Positions 1 through 12,490 of a stretch of 64,000 nucleotides of DNA are shown here, in pieces. Location of the stretch: assembly GCF_006345805.1 (NCBI RefSeq), contig NC_043005.1:12958001-13022000 (forward strand), written 5' to 3'. The number at the start of each line of letters is the position of its first letter. The stretch's first letter is position 1. The notes beneath the pieces were generated by a model. That model did not search any database. It had not been told where the DNA came from and saw only the letters and a list, made by a program, of their open reading frames with translations. This DNA is from Octopus sinensis. Taxonomy: Eukaryota. The position numbers were made by a program, and so were the translations under genes.

Positions 1-1304
1 GCCCTCTTGTTGACTGTCAACGTCTAATTGTTGACCAGTGACACTCTCTCTAGGAACGTCGACGGTTCCTTGTTGACTAGTGATGCTCTCTCGTTGACTT
101 TTGACGACACCCTCCTCACTAATGATGCATTCTCGTTGACTATCAGCATCTAATTGTTCATCAGTCACTCGAGGACTGTCGACCATTCCTTGTTGACCTG
201 TGATGATCTCCCATTTACTCTCAATCTCTTCTTCTTGACTAGTAATGCTCTCTCGATGACTTTTGAGGTCACCTTCTTGACTAGGACCTTCGACTAATAT
301 TTGAGGACTAGCGTTGCTCCCTCGTCTTCTGTTGATGAGTCCTTCTTGACTAGGAATGCTCTCTCGCTGACTTTTGACATCACCTTCTTCACTACTGATA
401 AACTTACGTTGACTGTCGACGTCTAATTGTTGACTAGTGATATTCTCCCGTTTACTGTCGATGCGTCCGTCTTGATCCGTGATGCTCCCTCGAGGACTGA
501 CGACGATTCCTTCTTGACTTGTGATGCTCCCTCGTTTACTGCCGATGTGTCCTTCTTGACTTGTAACGCTCTCTCGTTGACTTTTGACACCACCTTCTTC
601 ACTAATAATGCCCTCTCGTTGACTGTTAACGTCTAATTGTTGACCAGGGACACTCTCTCGAGGACTGTCGACGGTTCCTTCTTGACAAGTGATGCTCTCT
701 CGTTGTCTTTTGATGATACCTTCTTCACTAATGATGCATTCTCGTTGACTATCAGCATCTAATTGTTCATCAGTCACTCGAGGACTGTCGACCATTCCTT
801 GTTGACCTGTGATGATCTCCCGTTTACTGTCGATCTCTCCTTCTTGACTAGGAATGCTCTCTCGTTGACTTTTGACGTCACCTTCTTTACTAGGACCTTC
901 GACGAATATTTGAGGACTAGCGTTGCTCCCTCGTCTTCTGTTGATGAGACCTTCTTGACTAGTAATGCTCTCTCGCTGACTTTTGACATCACCTTCTTCA
1001 CTACTGATAAACTCACGTTGACTGTCGACGTCTAATTGTTGACTAGTGATATTCTCTCGTGGACTGTCGACGATCCCCTGTTGACTTGTGATGCCCTCTT
1101 GTTTACTGTCGACCTCTCCTTCTTGACAAGTGATGCTCTCTTGCTGATTGGTGACATCTTGTTCCTTACTAGTGGAGCTTTCTCGGCGACTGTCGACGTC
1201 TACTTGTTGACCAGTGATGCTCTCTCTTTGACTGTCGACGTCTACATGTTCTCTAGTGATGCTCTCTTGTTGAATGTTGGTGTCTCCTTTCTCACTAGTG
1301 ATGG
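1..1304 (-). repeat. Degenerate ~42-bp coding repeats (xRESITSQ-type) with a higher-order duplication of ~600 bp
   Basis: Recurring gactagtgatgctctctcg motif; 1-440 closely matches ~610-1050. Confidence 0.85.
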
Positions 1305-3579
1305 TTTCCTGCCGACTCTCGACGTCTACTTTTTGACTAGCGATGCTCTCTCGTTTGCTGTCGATCTCTGCGTGTTGACTCGGGATGCTTTCTCGCCGAC
1401 TCTCGACGTTTACTTGTTGACTAGCGACGCTCTCTCTTTTGCTGTCGATCTCTGCGTGTTGACTCGGGATGCTTTCTCGCCGACTCTCGACGTCTACTTT
1501 TTGACTAGCGACGCTCTCTCGTTTGCTGTCGATCTCTGCGTGTTGACTCGGGATGCTTTCTCGCCGACTCTCGACGTCTACTTTTTGACTAGCGACGCTC
1601 TCTCGTTTGCTGTCGATCTCTGCGTGTTGACTCGGGATGCTTTCTCGCGGACTCTCGACGTCTACTTTTTGACTAGCGACGCTCTCTCGTTTGCTGTCGA
1701 TCTCTGCGTGTTGACTCGGGATGCTTTCTCGCCGACTCTCGACGTCTACTTTTTGACTAGCGACGCTCTCTCGTTTGCTGTCGATCTCTGCGTGTTGACT
1801 CGGGATGCTTTCTCGCCGACTCTCGACGTCTACTTTTTGACTAGCGACGCTCTCTCGTTTGCTGTCGATCTCTGCGTGTTGACTCGGGATGCTTTCTCTC
1901 GCCGACTCTCGACGTCTACTTTTTGACTAGCGACGCTCTCTCGTTTGCTGTCGATCTCTGCGTGTTGACTCGGGATGCTTTCTCTCGCCGACTCTCGACG
2001 TCTACTTTTTGACTAGCGACGCTCTCTCGTTTGCTGTCGATCTCTGCGTGTTGACTCGGATGCTTTCTCGCCGACTCTCGACGTCTACTTTTTGACTAGC
2101 GACGCTCTCTCGTTGCTGTCGATCTCTGCGTGTTGACTCGGATGCTTTCTCGCCGACTCTCGACGTCTACTTTTTGACTAGCGATGCTCTCTCGTTTGCT
2201 GTCGATCTCTGGTGTTGACTCGGGATGCTTTCTCGCCGACTCTCGACGTCTACCTGTTCACTAGTGATGATCTCAGGCTGACGTTTGACCTGTCTTTCTT
2301 TACTAGTGACGCTGTCTTCTGGAATAATTGGGCCCCTTTTTACATAAATGGGGGTCCGTAATTGATCGATTTGTGGGCATGGGAAGCCAGGTTGTTGACA
2401 TGTTATGTTGCTTTGTTTACAAACGTAGTCCTTTCTTACACAAATTTGGGTCTTTGGTTGACGGACGACGTTCTCTCTTGCGCTTGTGAAGCCACACCGT
2501 TGACAGGTCATTTTGTTTTGTTCACAAACGAAGCCCACGTTTGCACAATTGCAAAACTTTTGTTTACTGCTGACGTTCTCTTGTGGGTATGTGAATCCAC
2601 ATTCTTGACAGGTTATGTCGAATTGTTCACAAACGGGCCCCTTCCCTGTACAAGTGTAGGACGTTTCTCGACAGATGACGTTCTCTTGTGGACATGTGAA
2701 CCCACATCTTTGACAGGTTATGTTACTTTGTCCACAAACGGGATCTCTACAGGGCATCTCTTCTTCACTGATAGCACTGTTCTCTTCACTGATGCGCTTC
2801 AGTCGTGAATAGATGCAGCAGTCGTCTTTACTAGTGGTGGCCTCTTGATCGCAGATTATTCTTCCTTGTGGAAAGATGAGGGCTTCTTCGTCACTATATA
2901 GGCTCGCTGGTTCACTTCCTAGGCTTCCGTATTCACTGGTAGCAGACCCTAGTTGACTACTAGTGAGGCTCCCTGTTGCATCAAATTTCACTCGCGTTTG
3001 TTGATTTTCCCTGCTTTGGCTATTTGTGCTCCCTTGTGGACTGATACGAACCCTTTTTTCATCGGTAAGATAATCTGATTGACTAGTCTTCCTTTTTGTA
3101 CGGGAAGACAAGTTCCTCTTGTCGGTTTCAACAATGGTGTTGTCATCGGAGATGACATCATCTTGTTCACTACTTAAGCTTGCTGGTTCACTTCCTAAGC
3201 TTCCGAATTCACTGGTTATAGTCCCTAGTTGATTACTGAGGCTAGTCGCCTCTGTTGCATCAAGCTTCGTTTGTGATTGGGGATTTTCCGTTTTTGAACT
3301 GATTGCGCTCTCTTTTTCATCGGTAAGATAATCTGGTTGACGAGTCGTCTTTTCTTTGGGGAATCCCTTTTTATCAACATCGCTGCTCTCTTCGCTGATG
3401 ATATCTTCTTGTTCACTACTTGAGCTCGCTCGTTCACTTGCAACGCTTTCAAATTCGCTAGTTGCACTCCCTACTTCATCACTAGAGAGACTTCCAAATT
3501 CACTGCTTACACTCCCTAATTTGGTGTTCTTGTCTCGACCGGTGTGTTTAGATGAACCTTTGGCTTGGTTAGATTTCAT
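1..3579 (-). CDS. Giant exon of a repetitive Ser/Glu/Arg-rich, probably disordered protein (>=1190 aa); runs off the left edge
   Basis: The 470-aa ORF 3579-2167 continues in the same absolute frame from ~1896 to 1 with no stop (I read the triplets). The stop at 2167 arises from local indels in the 84-bp array. The SRRES motif recalls Futsch/MAP1-type repeats, but similarity is low-complexity only. Confidence 0.75.
1305..2255 (-). repeat. ~11 near-identical 84-bp units encoding SIPSQHAEIDSKRESVASQKVDVESRRE
   Basis: Unit tttctcgccgactctcgacgtctactttttgactagcgacgctctctcgtttgctgtcgatctctgcgtgttgactcgggatgc; built from two 42-bp halves. Confidence 0.95.
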
Positions 3580-4227
3580 TCTTGGCTATTGTGTTTCTGT
3601 CTTTTGACTAGTGAGGATTTCTCGTCAAATGTTGAGTCTCCTTTATTGAGTAGCGAAACTTTTTGACTGGTTAAACGTTACAGGTGTGTAGTATAGACTT
3701 CTGAAAACGTTCCATATCATTTCTGGTTCTTATTGTAATATTCTCTCAGCCACAATAGACATGGCATTTAAAGGCATCTCTTCTGCGTTCTTCTGCGCCT
3801 GTTATAATAACAATGATTTCTAACTTAGGCACAAATTCACAAATATAGAGGAAACATTTATTAATGGTCCGGTTCTTATTCCGAGCCAAGGAAGGAACAT
3901 CTACGCGTTCGCTTGAGCTTCTAGAGATAGTAAGCGAATCTCCCTCAAATCCCGCCACTACCGACTAAAAATAGGGAACAAGGCATTCGATGATATGGTT
4001 TCGGATACAGAATTAATCTGAATTAAACGATGGGAAGCTTTTGATTACAAACCGGCTTGATCATTAGGAAATGTTTTTTGTTGAATTTGTAAGCTTGAGA
4101 AATTAAGTAAACTTTGATAAGCTTTCAACTTAGAATATAAAGCAATTTAACTAAATACCGGATGTCAAATCGCGTAGCACTAATCTAAGCTTCCCACTGA
4201 CAAAAGAAATCAATATTTGATATAAGG

Positions 4228-4420
4228 AGCGAGCTGACAGAATCGTTAGCACGCCAGGCAAAATGCCTAGCGGTATTTCGTCCGTCTTTACGTTCTGAGT
4301 TCAAATCCCCGCCGAGGTTGACTTTGCTTTTTATCCTTTCAAATAAGTACCAATTGAAAACTGGGGTTGATGTAATGGCCTTACCCCACCCGTAAACATT
4401 GCCGGTCCTGTGCCAAACTT
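4228..4420 (+). mobile_element. tRNA-derived SINE family A, diverged copy
   Basis: gagctgacagaatcgttagcacg head, gttctgagttcaaatcc B-box, shared central domain. Confidence 0.75.
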
Positions 4421-5097
4421 TAGAAGCTATATGCAATATATTAAAAACGAAAAGTGTGGCGAGCACTCCAATATATCGAGATGGAAAGTAATGCAGGTTC
4501 AGTCACTAGTTGACACTATTTTAATTTATCTCAACTTAAACCACTGATATCTTTAGGAATGCCACCATTTCAGTTTCTCTAAAAGAGTAAAGCCAGTTCA
4601 GGTACAACTAAAAATAATGATAATAAATCATATTGTAAAGAGATTTCAAATCGCTAGTCGAGGTAATTTCACTGCTAGTAATCAAGTCGGTTTATGATGG
4701 AAGACGTTCTAACTATGAACAACGTTCCGAAAACCCTGGGGGTACAATTTGAGTGAAATGTAGATACCATTTCTTGCAAGTCAAGAAATGTGGCTTGTCG
4801 TATGTTTGCGAAATTTGTCTTCTACATCATACTGTTTGAGTGACCACATAAATTCTCCCTTCTTGGGCATCTTTTTGAAAAGTAACAGATATGAAATTAA
4901 TAACATTTTCTAGATATATAACCGGAAATATTATTTTCGTTTTAAATAACCAGAAATTTACAGAGCAAACTCAGTTAAATTCGACATTCAACGGTCACTA
5001 ACATTAAGCTGAAAGTTGTTTTTTTTTCTTTTCAATTTGAAAGTTTATTTTCAAATTGTTTATATATTGATAAAAAGAAAAGTGGGGACTGAAATCT

Positions 5098-5304
5098 TCC
5101 TTTTCTACTCTAGGTACAAGGCCCGAAATTTTGGGGCAGAGGACCAGTCAATTAGATCGACCCCAGTACGCAACTGGTACCTAATTTATCGATCCCGAAA
5201 GGATGAACAACAAAGTCGACCTCGGCGGAATTTGAACTCAGATCGTAAAGACAGACGAAATACTGCTAGGCATTTCGCCCGGCGGTTCTGCTAGCTCGCC
5301 GCCT
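5098..5304 (-). mobile_element. SINE family A with A1 tail
   Basis: Reverse complement of the A head and body plus tail gggccttgtacctagagtagaaaa. Confidence 0.85.
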
Positions 5305-5732
5305 TGGACTGAAAACTTCCTGAAGGCAAGTAATTGAGGACATAACTAACGCTGATAATATTGACTGAAATGAATTACTTCTTAAAGGATATATCTTCTG
5401 TGATGACTAATATTAAAAGTAATGTTAACTTTTTTGCATCATTGGAATTAATTAATAATCTAGCGGTATGCTGTAAATGAGTCAATGCATTTGGGGACAT
5501 GTTCAAACGAAAAAAGTCTGAAGATGTTGTTTTGGCCTCGTATCCAACTGCCTCACCTGACTGGAGCTTATATATAAGTGGGCGGCAGTTCACTACAAAT
5601 ATTCTGTAATATTGTAGCGGGTCGGTGTTAGTATAAATGAAATAATTGATCGCTAGTATAAACCATTTCAGAATTCGGTTTCAATATATTGCCGAGTCTC
5701 CCGGCGGTATATTTTTAACTTATTACACTCGT

Positions 5733-8700
5733 AGTGGGTAGCGAACTTCTTCACTACTTCAGGGAGTGACGACCCTGCCTGACACGAGTTCCGGGCTCAG
5801 CTGGCTCCGGCTGACAGTACCCGGTATGGGCCCCTATCCAGGGTTACGGAAAGGAGACAACCTTCAAAGAAATCCGGAGTGGAGCCCCGAAGGTGGTCTA
5901 GTGTTCGACTCGACACTCTTCCGGCAGCTCCTGCAACCAAGCTGGTGCCAAACGTAATGCAATGCACTCCTTTGGACTACATCAGCAAGGTCGAGAGAGG
6001 AAACCTGACGATTGGGCTACCCAGGACTTTCTTATCTCTAGCCCAGGCATGCGCAAAACTGGAGAGGACACTTCAGTGCTGCTGTAAAAAGCTGCAGAAA
6101 CAACACGGGAGGTAACAGTCACGAGTGATAAGTCCATTCAGATTGGCATAAAATATGGGCGCTACGGGTTACCTCTGACGGTGGGAGGGACCTCCATGTC
6201 CTATTGGTTAGCTACTGCCCACCTCAAGCTGGGCAGCCCCCAGTTAATAAGGTGCTGACCCGCCACAGGCCGCCTGCTCCATTGGGTGCTTGGAGCTAAG
6301 AGTATGACTTGAAAAGCGGCCTGCAACCTCTGCACCAAGCAAACAACTAAAAGTCAAGAAAACACCTGGAATATCTGATGATCTACTCAGGGTTGAAGAC
6401 ACTAGGAAAACGGCCATCATTGACCGTGAACTAAAGAAGCTCAACATAGACATTGCTGGGCTACAGGAGACAAGACTTCCCTCAAACGGCAAACTCAAAG
6501 AGCAGGATTTCACCTTTTGGCAGGGAAGCAATCCAGAAGAATCTCGTCAACATGGCGTCAACATGGCGTTGGCTTTGCAGTGAGAAACTCACTACTCTCC
6601 TCAATAGAACCACCATCAGGAGGCACTGAGCGTATCCTCTCACTGCGCCTCTCGACTTCTTCTGACTCAGTACATCTACTCAGTATCTATGCTCCCACTC
6701 TCTACAGCTCAGAGGAGACCAAGGACCAGTTCTACAAAGATCTCAACTGTGTCATAGAAAATATACCAACGACTGAAAATATCTACCTTCTAGGGGATTT
6801 TAACGCTCGCGTGGGATCTGACCATGATTCGTGGCCCATTTGTGTTGGACACTTTGGTATTGGTAACATGAATGACAATGGTCAGAGACTACTCGAATTC
6901 TGCACATACCACAACCTGTGCATCACAAACACATTCTTTGCCAACAAGCCATCCCACAAGGCATCTTGGAGACATCCAAGATCTCACCACTGGCATCAGC
7001 TGGATCTCATCATTACACGGAGATCCTTTCTGAGTTCTACTCTATTGACCTGCAGTTACCACAGCGCGGATTGTGACACAGACCACTCACTAATTAGAAG
7101 TAGGGGGCCTAAAAAAGTCCATCGCTCCAAGAAAGTGGGCCGACCACGCATTAACACTGCCAGAACCTCGGACCCTACACTGCAAAAATGTTTTGCTGCT
7201 TCTATCAAGGTTGCCCTCAGTAGCTGCCCAACCTCCTCTGCTGAAAGTAGGTGGAACTATATCGGGGAAGCTTTGTATACGACATCAATAGGTACTTTCG
7301 GTATGAGAGAAATGCAAAACCCAGATTGGTTCAATGCTGAGCTCTCAGAGCTGGAACCAGTTATCGAAGCAAAGCGTGCAGCTCTGATGCAATACAAGAG
7401 TGACTCTTCTACAAAGTCACTCGAAGAACTCAGAAAGGCACGAAATAAAACCCAACTGACAGCCAGACGCTGTGCAAATAGGTATTGGCAGGAAATCTGT
7501 CAGAGTATCTAGTCAGCTGCTGACAGGGGCGACACCCGTGGGATGTATGCCGGTTTGAAGAAGGCCCTCGGTCCATCCGCAACCAAGTCAGCCCCTCTGA
7601 AATCAACTACTGGAGATCTCATCAGGGATCAAAGCAAGTAAATGGATAGATGGGTGGAGCACTACCAGGATCTCTACTCACGGGAGACTACAGTGGCTGA
7701 GGTTGCAGTCGAGAGTGTCAAGATCTTGCCAGTCATGTGCGAACTTGACAGTCCGCCATCTATAGCAGAGCTCACCAAAGCTGTTGACTCCCTAGCAAGA
7801 AACAAGGCTCCGGGAAAAGACGGCATCCCCTCAGAGATCATCAAAGCCGGCAAAAACACCATCCTGCTTCGGCACCTTCATGAGCTTCTGTGTCAGTGCT
7901 GGGAAGAGGGTACAGTCCCTCGGGATATGCGGGATGCTAACATCATTACGCTTTACAAAAACAATTACCGTGGAATATCTCTTCTAAGCACTGTTGGAAA
8001 TACCTTTGCCCGCGTTATCCTGGCCAGGCTACAACTATTTGCTTCTCGAATCTATCCGGAATCGCAGTGTGGCTTTAGAAGAAGCACATCAACTATCGAT
8101 ATGATATTCTCCATACGCCAACTTCAGAGAGCAGAAAATGCCATTATATATGGCCTTCATTGATCTAACAAAGGCTTTTGACTCGGTAAGCAGAACAGGC
8201 CTCTTCATCCTGCTCCAAAAAAATCGGATGTCCACCACAGCTGCTGAGGATCATCAAGTCTTTCCATGATGACATGCAAGGCACCATACAGCACAACGGT
8301 TCGACATCAGCCGCCTTCCAAATAAAAAAACGGGGTAAAGCAAGGCTGTGTCCTCGCTCGTACATTGTTTGGCATCTTCTTCTCGCTCTTACTCTCACAT
8401 GGCTTTCAGACATCAGATGATGGAGTGTTTCTGCACAGTAGAAGTGACGGGAAACTGTTCAATCTCTTGCGCCTGCGTGCCAAGACCAAAATCAGAAACG
8501 TCCTGATCAAGGAGATGCTATTTGCTGATGATGCCGCTCTGGTATCACACACAGAAGAAGCCCTCCAAAGGCTCATTAACTGTTTTGAGCAAGCGTGTAA
8601 CGACTTTGGCTTAGATATCAGCCTTAAGAAGACCAACATCATGGGTCAGGCTACATCGGACATCCCAAACATACATATTGGAGACCACAGATTACAAGAG

Positions 8701-9534
8701 GTGGAGAAGTTTACCTATCTGGGTTCTACCGTCACCTACAACCTATCCCTTGACACTGAGCTCAATATACGCATTGGCAAGGCAGCTGCTGTGATGGCCC
8801 AACTCTCCAAACGGGCTTGGGACAACAATAAGCTGACCAAGACCACGAAAATGAAGATCTACCAGGCATGTGTACTTAGCACTCTACTGTATGGAAGTGA
8901 GACTTGGACGCTATACACACGCCAAGAGCGTCGCCTAAACATCTTTCACCTGCGCTGCCTCCGGAAAATCCTCCGTATCAAATGGCAGAATCATATCCCC
9001 AACAAAGATGTCCTCAGGCAAGCAGGAATACCAAGCATGTTTTCACTCCTCACACAAAGACGTATGAGATGACTTGGGCATGTTAGCCGTATGAAAGATG
9101 GCAGAATCCCCAAGGACATACTCTACGGAGAGCTTGCTAGGGGTACTAAGTCTGTGGGTAGACCGTTCTTACGTTACAAGGATGTTTGCAAAAGGGACAT
9201 GAAGGCCTGCAACATCAATATTAGCGGTTGGGAGGCAGTTGCCGGCAACCGTGGAGACTGGCGACGTACCGTAAAAGAGGGAATACAAAGGAGTGACAGA
9301 GAGAGAGAGAGGAGAAATGGAAAGACAAGAAAAGACGTCAACAAGAAACTATGGCATTACAACCAGCCAGGAACAGTCTTCGCTACATTTCCGGTACCTG
9401 CCAGAGGGAGTGTTTGTCCAGGATAGGACTACACAGCCACATCAGGAAATGTATCAGGACATGAAATGTAAAAGCCGAACTAGACTACTTTATGCGCAAC
9501 TACATTGTCTCCCGAGACAAAAGGGATGCCAACA
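5733..9534 (+). mobile_element. Full-length but disrupted RTE-clade LINE (APE endonuclease, RT, C-terminal Cys/His motif)
   Basis: ORF pieces contain GLQETR, LLGDFNARVG, HWHQLDLII (APE), KAPGKDG, NYRGISLL, FADD (RT) and CQRECLSRIGLHSHIRKC. 8-bp TSD acactcgt at 5725-5732 and 9535-9542. Multiple stops and frameshifts. Confidence 0.93.
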
Positions 9535-10070
9535 ACACTCGTCTTACTTTGAAAATGAAATGTACAGCTTTTTCTCTATGAGTCTTGATGTGTTTTGAAC
9601 AAATCTGTCAAAACTGTCTGAAATCACTGAGAGACAAGAACAAGGTACCGTCTATATGCAATAGCTCGACATACTAGAAATAGCAAACAATATTTCAAGA
9701 TGAAATATTTTTCGTGTACACATGCGCAAACTGAATAAATTGAATAACTTGAATGTTGAACGGCTTTGTGTTAGACGTGCACTTTTAAATTCTATGACCA
9801 CTGCATTGCCAGTATCTAAGAGAAAAACAGCAAAAGGCATTTACTTTCTACGTTCTCACGGTAACTTCATTGCAAAACTATGAGCATATTGAGAAAAACA
9901 GAAGCAATGGTATTGTAGAAAAAGTTATCTTAGGGCGAAAAACAAGAAAAGACGATAATGAGAGTGTTCTGCTTTAAACTTTGAAGGTTCTTTTCTGGAC
10001 AACAGTAATCTTCCTCTGTAAAATCGTTCTCTTATTGAATAAGTTTGTTATGGGACCGCAGAACTGTAAT

Positions 10071-10375
10071 GCGTGGAGGCGCAATGGCCCAGTGGTTAGG
10101 GCAGCGGACTCGCGGTCGGAGGATCGCGGTTTCGATTTCCAGACTGGGCGTTGTGTGTGTTTATTGAGCGAAAACATCTAAAAGCTCCACGAGTCTCCGG
10201 CAGGGGATGGTGGCGCCCCTTGTTGTACTCATTCGCCCCAACTTTCTCTCACTCTTTCTTCCTGTAACGCTGCGATGGACTGGCGTCCCGTCCAGCTGGA
10301 AGGAACACATACGCCATAGAAACCGGGAAACCAGGCTCATGAGCGGGGCTAGGCTTGAAAAGGGCGCATAAAAGA
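10071..10375 (+). mobile_element. tRNA-derived SINE family C, tail type C1
   Basis: A-box tggcccagtgg, B-box ggtttcgatttcc; tail gcgatggactggcgtcccgtccag...gaaaccggg. Confidence 0.88.
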
Positions 10376-11170
10376 AAAAAACATAGAGCTATAATGCAGT
10401 TCCTGGACCCGTCTTCAAAGTCATCTGGATTTTGTTTTGCTGCGAGGTTACAGGCGACTGTTTTATTTTAACCAGGAATCGATTGGTATAAATAGATGAA
10501 ACTTTGACTTTTCGACACTGTTGTGAGGTTGGTTTTCTAACCAGGAATCGATTGGTGGAAATAGATGAAATTCTGACTTTCCGACACAAGTATGACAGAC
10601 AGGTTAGGTTTTGGCTGTTTGGTGGGATTGAACGAATGAGCAAATGAACTTGTTTTGTGGCACCATTAGTGAGAAATGCGACAAAGCAACGTTCGTTCGT
10701 TTCTCTCATTCAAAAACACGCCAGACTTGGTTTAGTTATTTTATAGGGATTCTTGGGTTAGCCACAAAACTATCAGGGTTTAGGTTACACACATTTTGTA
10801 TTTAACCACTCTGAAAATTTCGTGGAATTAAAATAATGTCTTGCGCACACGTGTTAAGAGGCTGGATATTCGATCAAAATATCTATACAAATATTTCATA
10901 AGGTATTTGCTCATTTCTTCCATTGCAGACAACAAAATTGTGCTTCACCATTTCATCATTCAAGCAGACAAGTTATACCTCCTTCTCTCAGATTGCGACT
11001 AAGCCATTATCCATCTGTATTGGGATTCCTAATCGGAGGGTAAAGAAGTGTACTAGCTTGTTTCTGCATTTCACTAAGTGGTGAGCTGTAGTTTCCGACG
11101 TTTTTTTGTTTTTTTTACGGTTAGATTAGTTCAAAACAGAGCAAGAACCATAGAGAAAAACAAACAAACA

Positions 11171-11587
11171 GGCGTAGGAGTTGCTGTGTGGTAAGTAGCT
11201 TGTTTACCAACCACATGGTTCCGGGTTCAGTCCCACTGCGTGGTACCTTGGGCAAGTGTCTTCTACTATAGCCCCGGGCCGACCAAAGCCTTGTGAGTGG
11301 ATTTGGTAGACGGAAACTGAAAGAAGCCTGTCGTATATATGTATATATATATGTATGTGTGTGTTTGTGTGTCTGTGTTTGTCCCCCTAGCATTGCTTGA
11401 CAATTGATGCTGGTGTGTTTACGTCCCCGTAACTTAGCGGTTCGGCAAAAAGAGACCGATAAAATAAGTACTAGGCTTACAAATAATAATTCCTGGGGTC
11501 GATTTGATCGACTAAAGGCGGTGCTCCAGCATGGCCACAGTCACATGACTGAAACAAGTAAAAGAGTAAAAGAGTAAAAAGAGTAAA
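11171..11587 (+). mobile_element. tRNA-derived SINE family B (internal TA/TG microsatellite, (aaagagt)n tail)
   Basis: tRNA-like head, ccttgggcaagtg CORE-like motif, about 15 related copies in the window. Confidence 0.9.
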
Positions 11588-12369
11588 CATACATTTCACC
11601 TTAAAAGTAAGACAAGGGCAATTGTTAAATTTATATTTCATTTTAGTTTTTAGGGACCTCTGTATTTAAGTACCCAGCATTTGGGTACTTAAGCTGCAAT
11701 TCTTCTGTGTTGAAATCCGATGAAGATTACACTTTCAACTTCTCTACTTGGAAGGCAAAACAGATTTGCAAACGGCCTACACGCTCAACGATAGAAGATT
11801 CGAACCTATTACTGAAAGTTTCGTTGTGTTTCTTAATAGAACCCATTATTTGTCATTACTTCATTTCATGTAAAAATTTTGTAGGAATGGATACAATACA
11901 GAAATAATTAATCTAGTTATATTAAACTATAATAGTTACTGGGTGCCTATCCATGATAGTGAGTGGCTACTGGAGAAGATTTAGCTTTTATCCGCTTAAC
12001 AGAATGAAACCAGGTAAAATAGCAAAGAGAAATAGCAGCCAAATCTCATTCAAATCAGAAAGACACATTCAATAATGAGATACGAAATACACGAAAATAA
12101 AAACAATTCAATGGTCACTGTTGAAACGCTGGTGACTATGTCGGCTTGAACAGAGTTGAGTTGGAGCAAAACAAGAAACAGGAGTTTATAACTAAGACCA
12201 GTGATCCTTAAAATATTCCTAGATGGACATGGAAGTCGTTTTGAAGGTGGTGGGGCCAGTTGTTGAAGGTGATGATTGGTGCTGGATAAAGAAAAACAGT
12301 AAATAAATACCTGAACGATCCTGGTTGATCGATTTTGATCACAAAATCCTTTCTTTCTTCTCGCTTCCT

Positions 12370-12428
12370 TTCTCTCTCCTTCTATCTCTCTCACTCACTC
12401 ACTCACTCACTCACTCACTCACTCTCTT

Positions 12429-12490
<62 letters not shown>

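Noticed and set aside
1036-1926. 296-aa plus-strand ORF (and 427-636, 763-1035, 2362-2808)
   Set aside because: Antisense shadows of the minus-strand repeat exon; the plus frame has TAA stops where the minus frame stays open.
1305-2255. Regular repeat array as CRISPR-like
   Set aside because: No unique spacers; coding tandem repeat in a eukaryotic context.
5995-6035. CTGACGA plus a hairpin in the RTE leader as a hammerhead
   Set aside because: No GAAA after stem II and no stems I or III.
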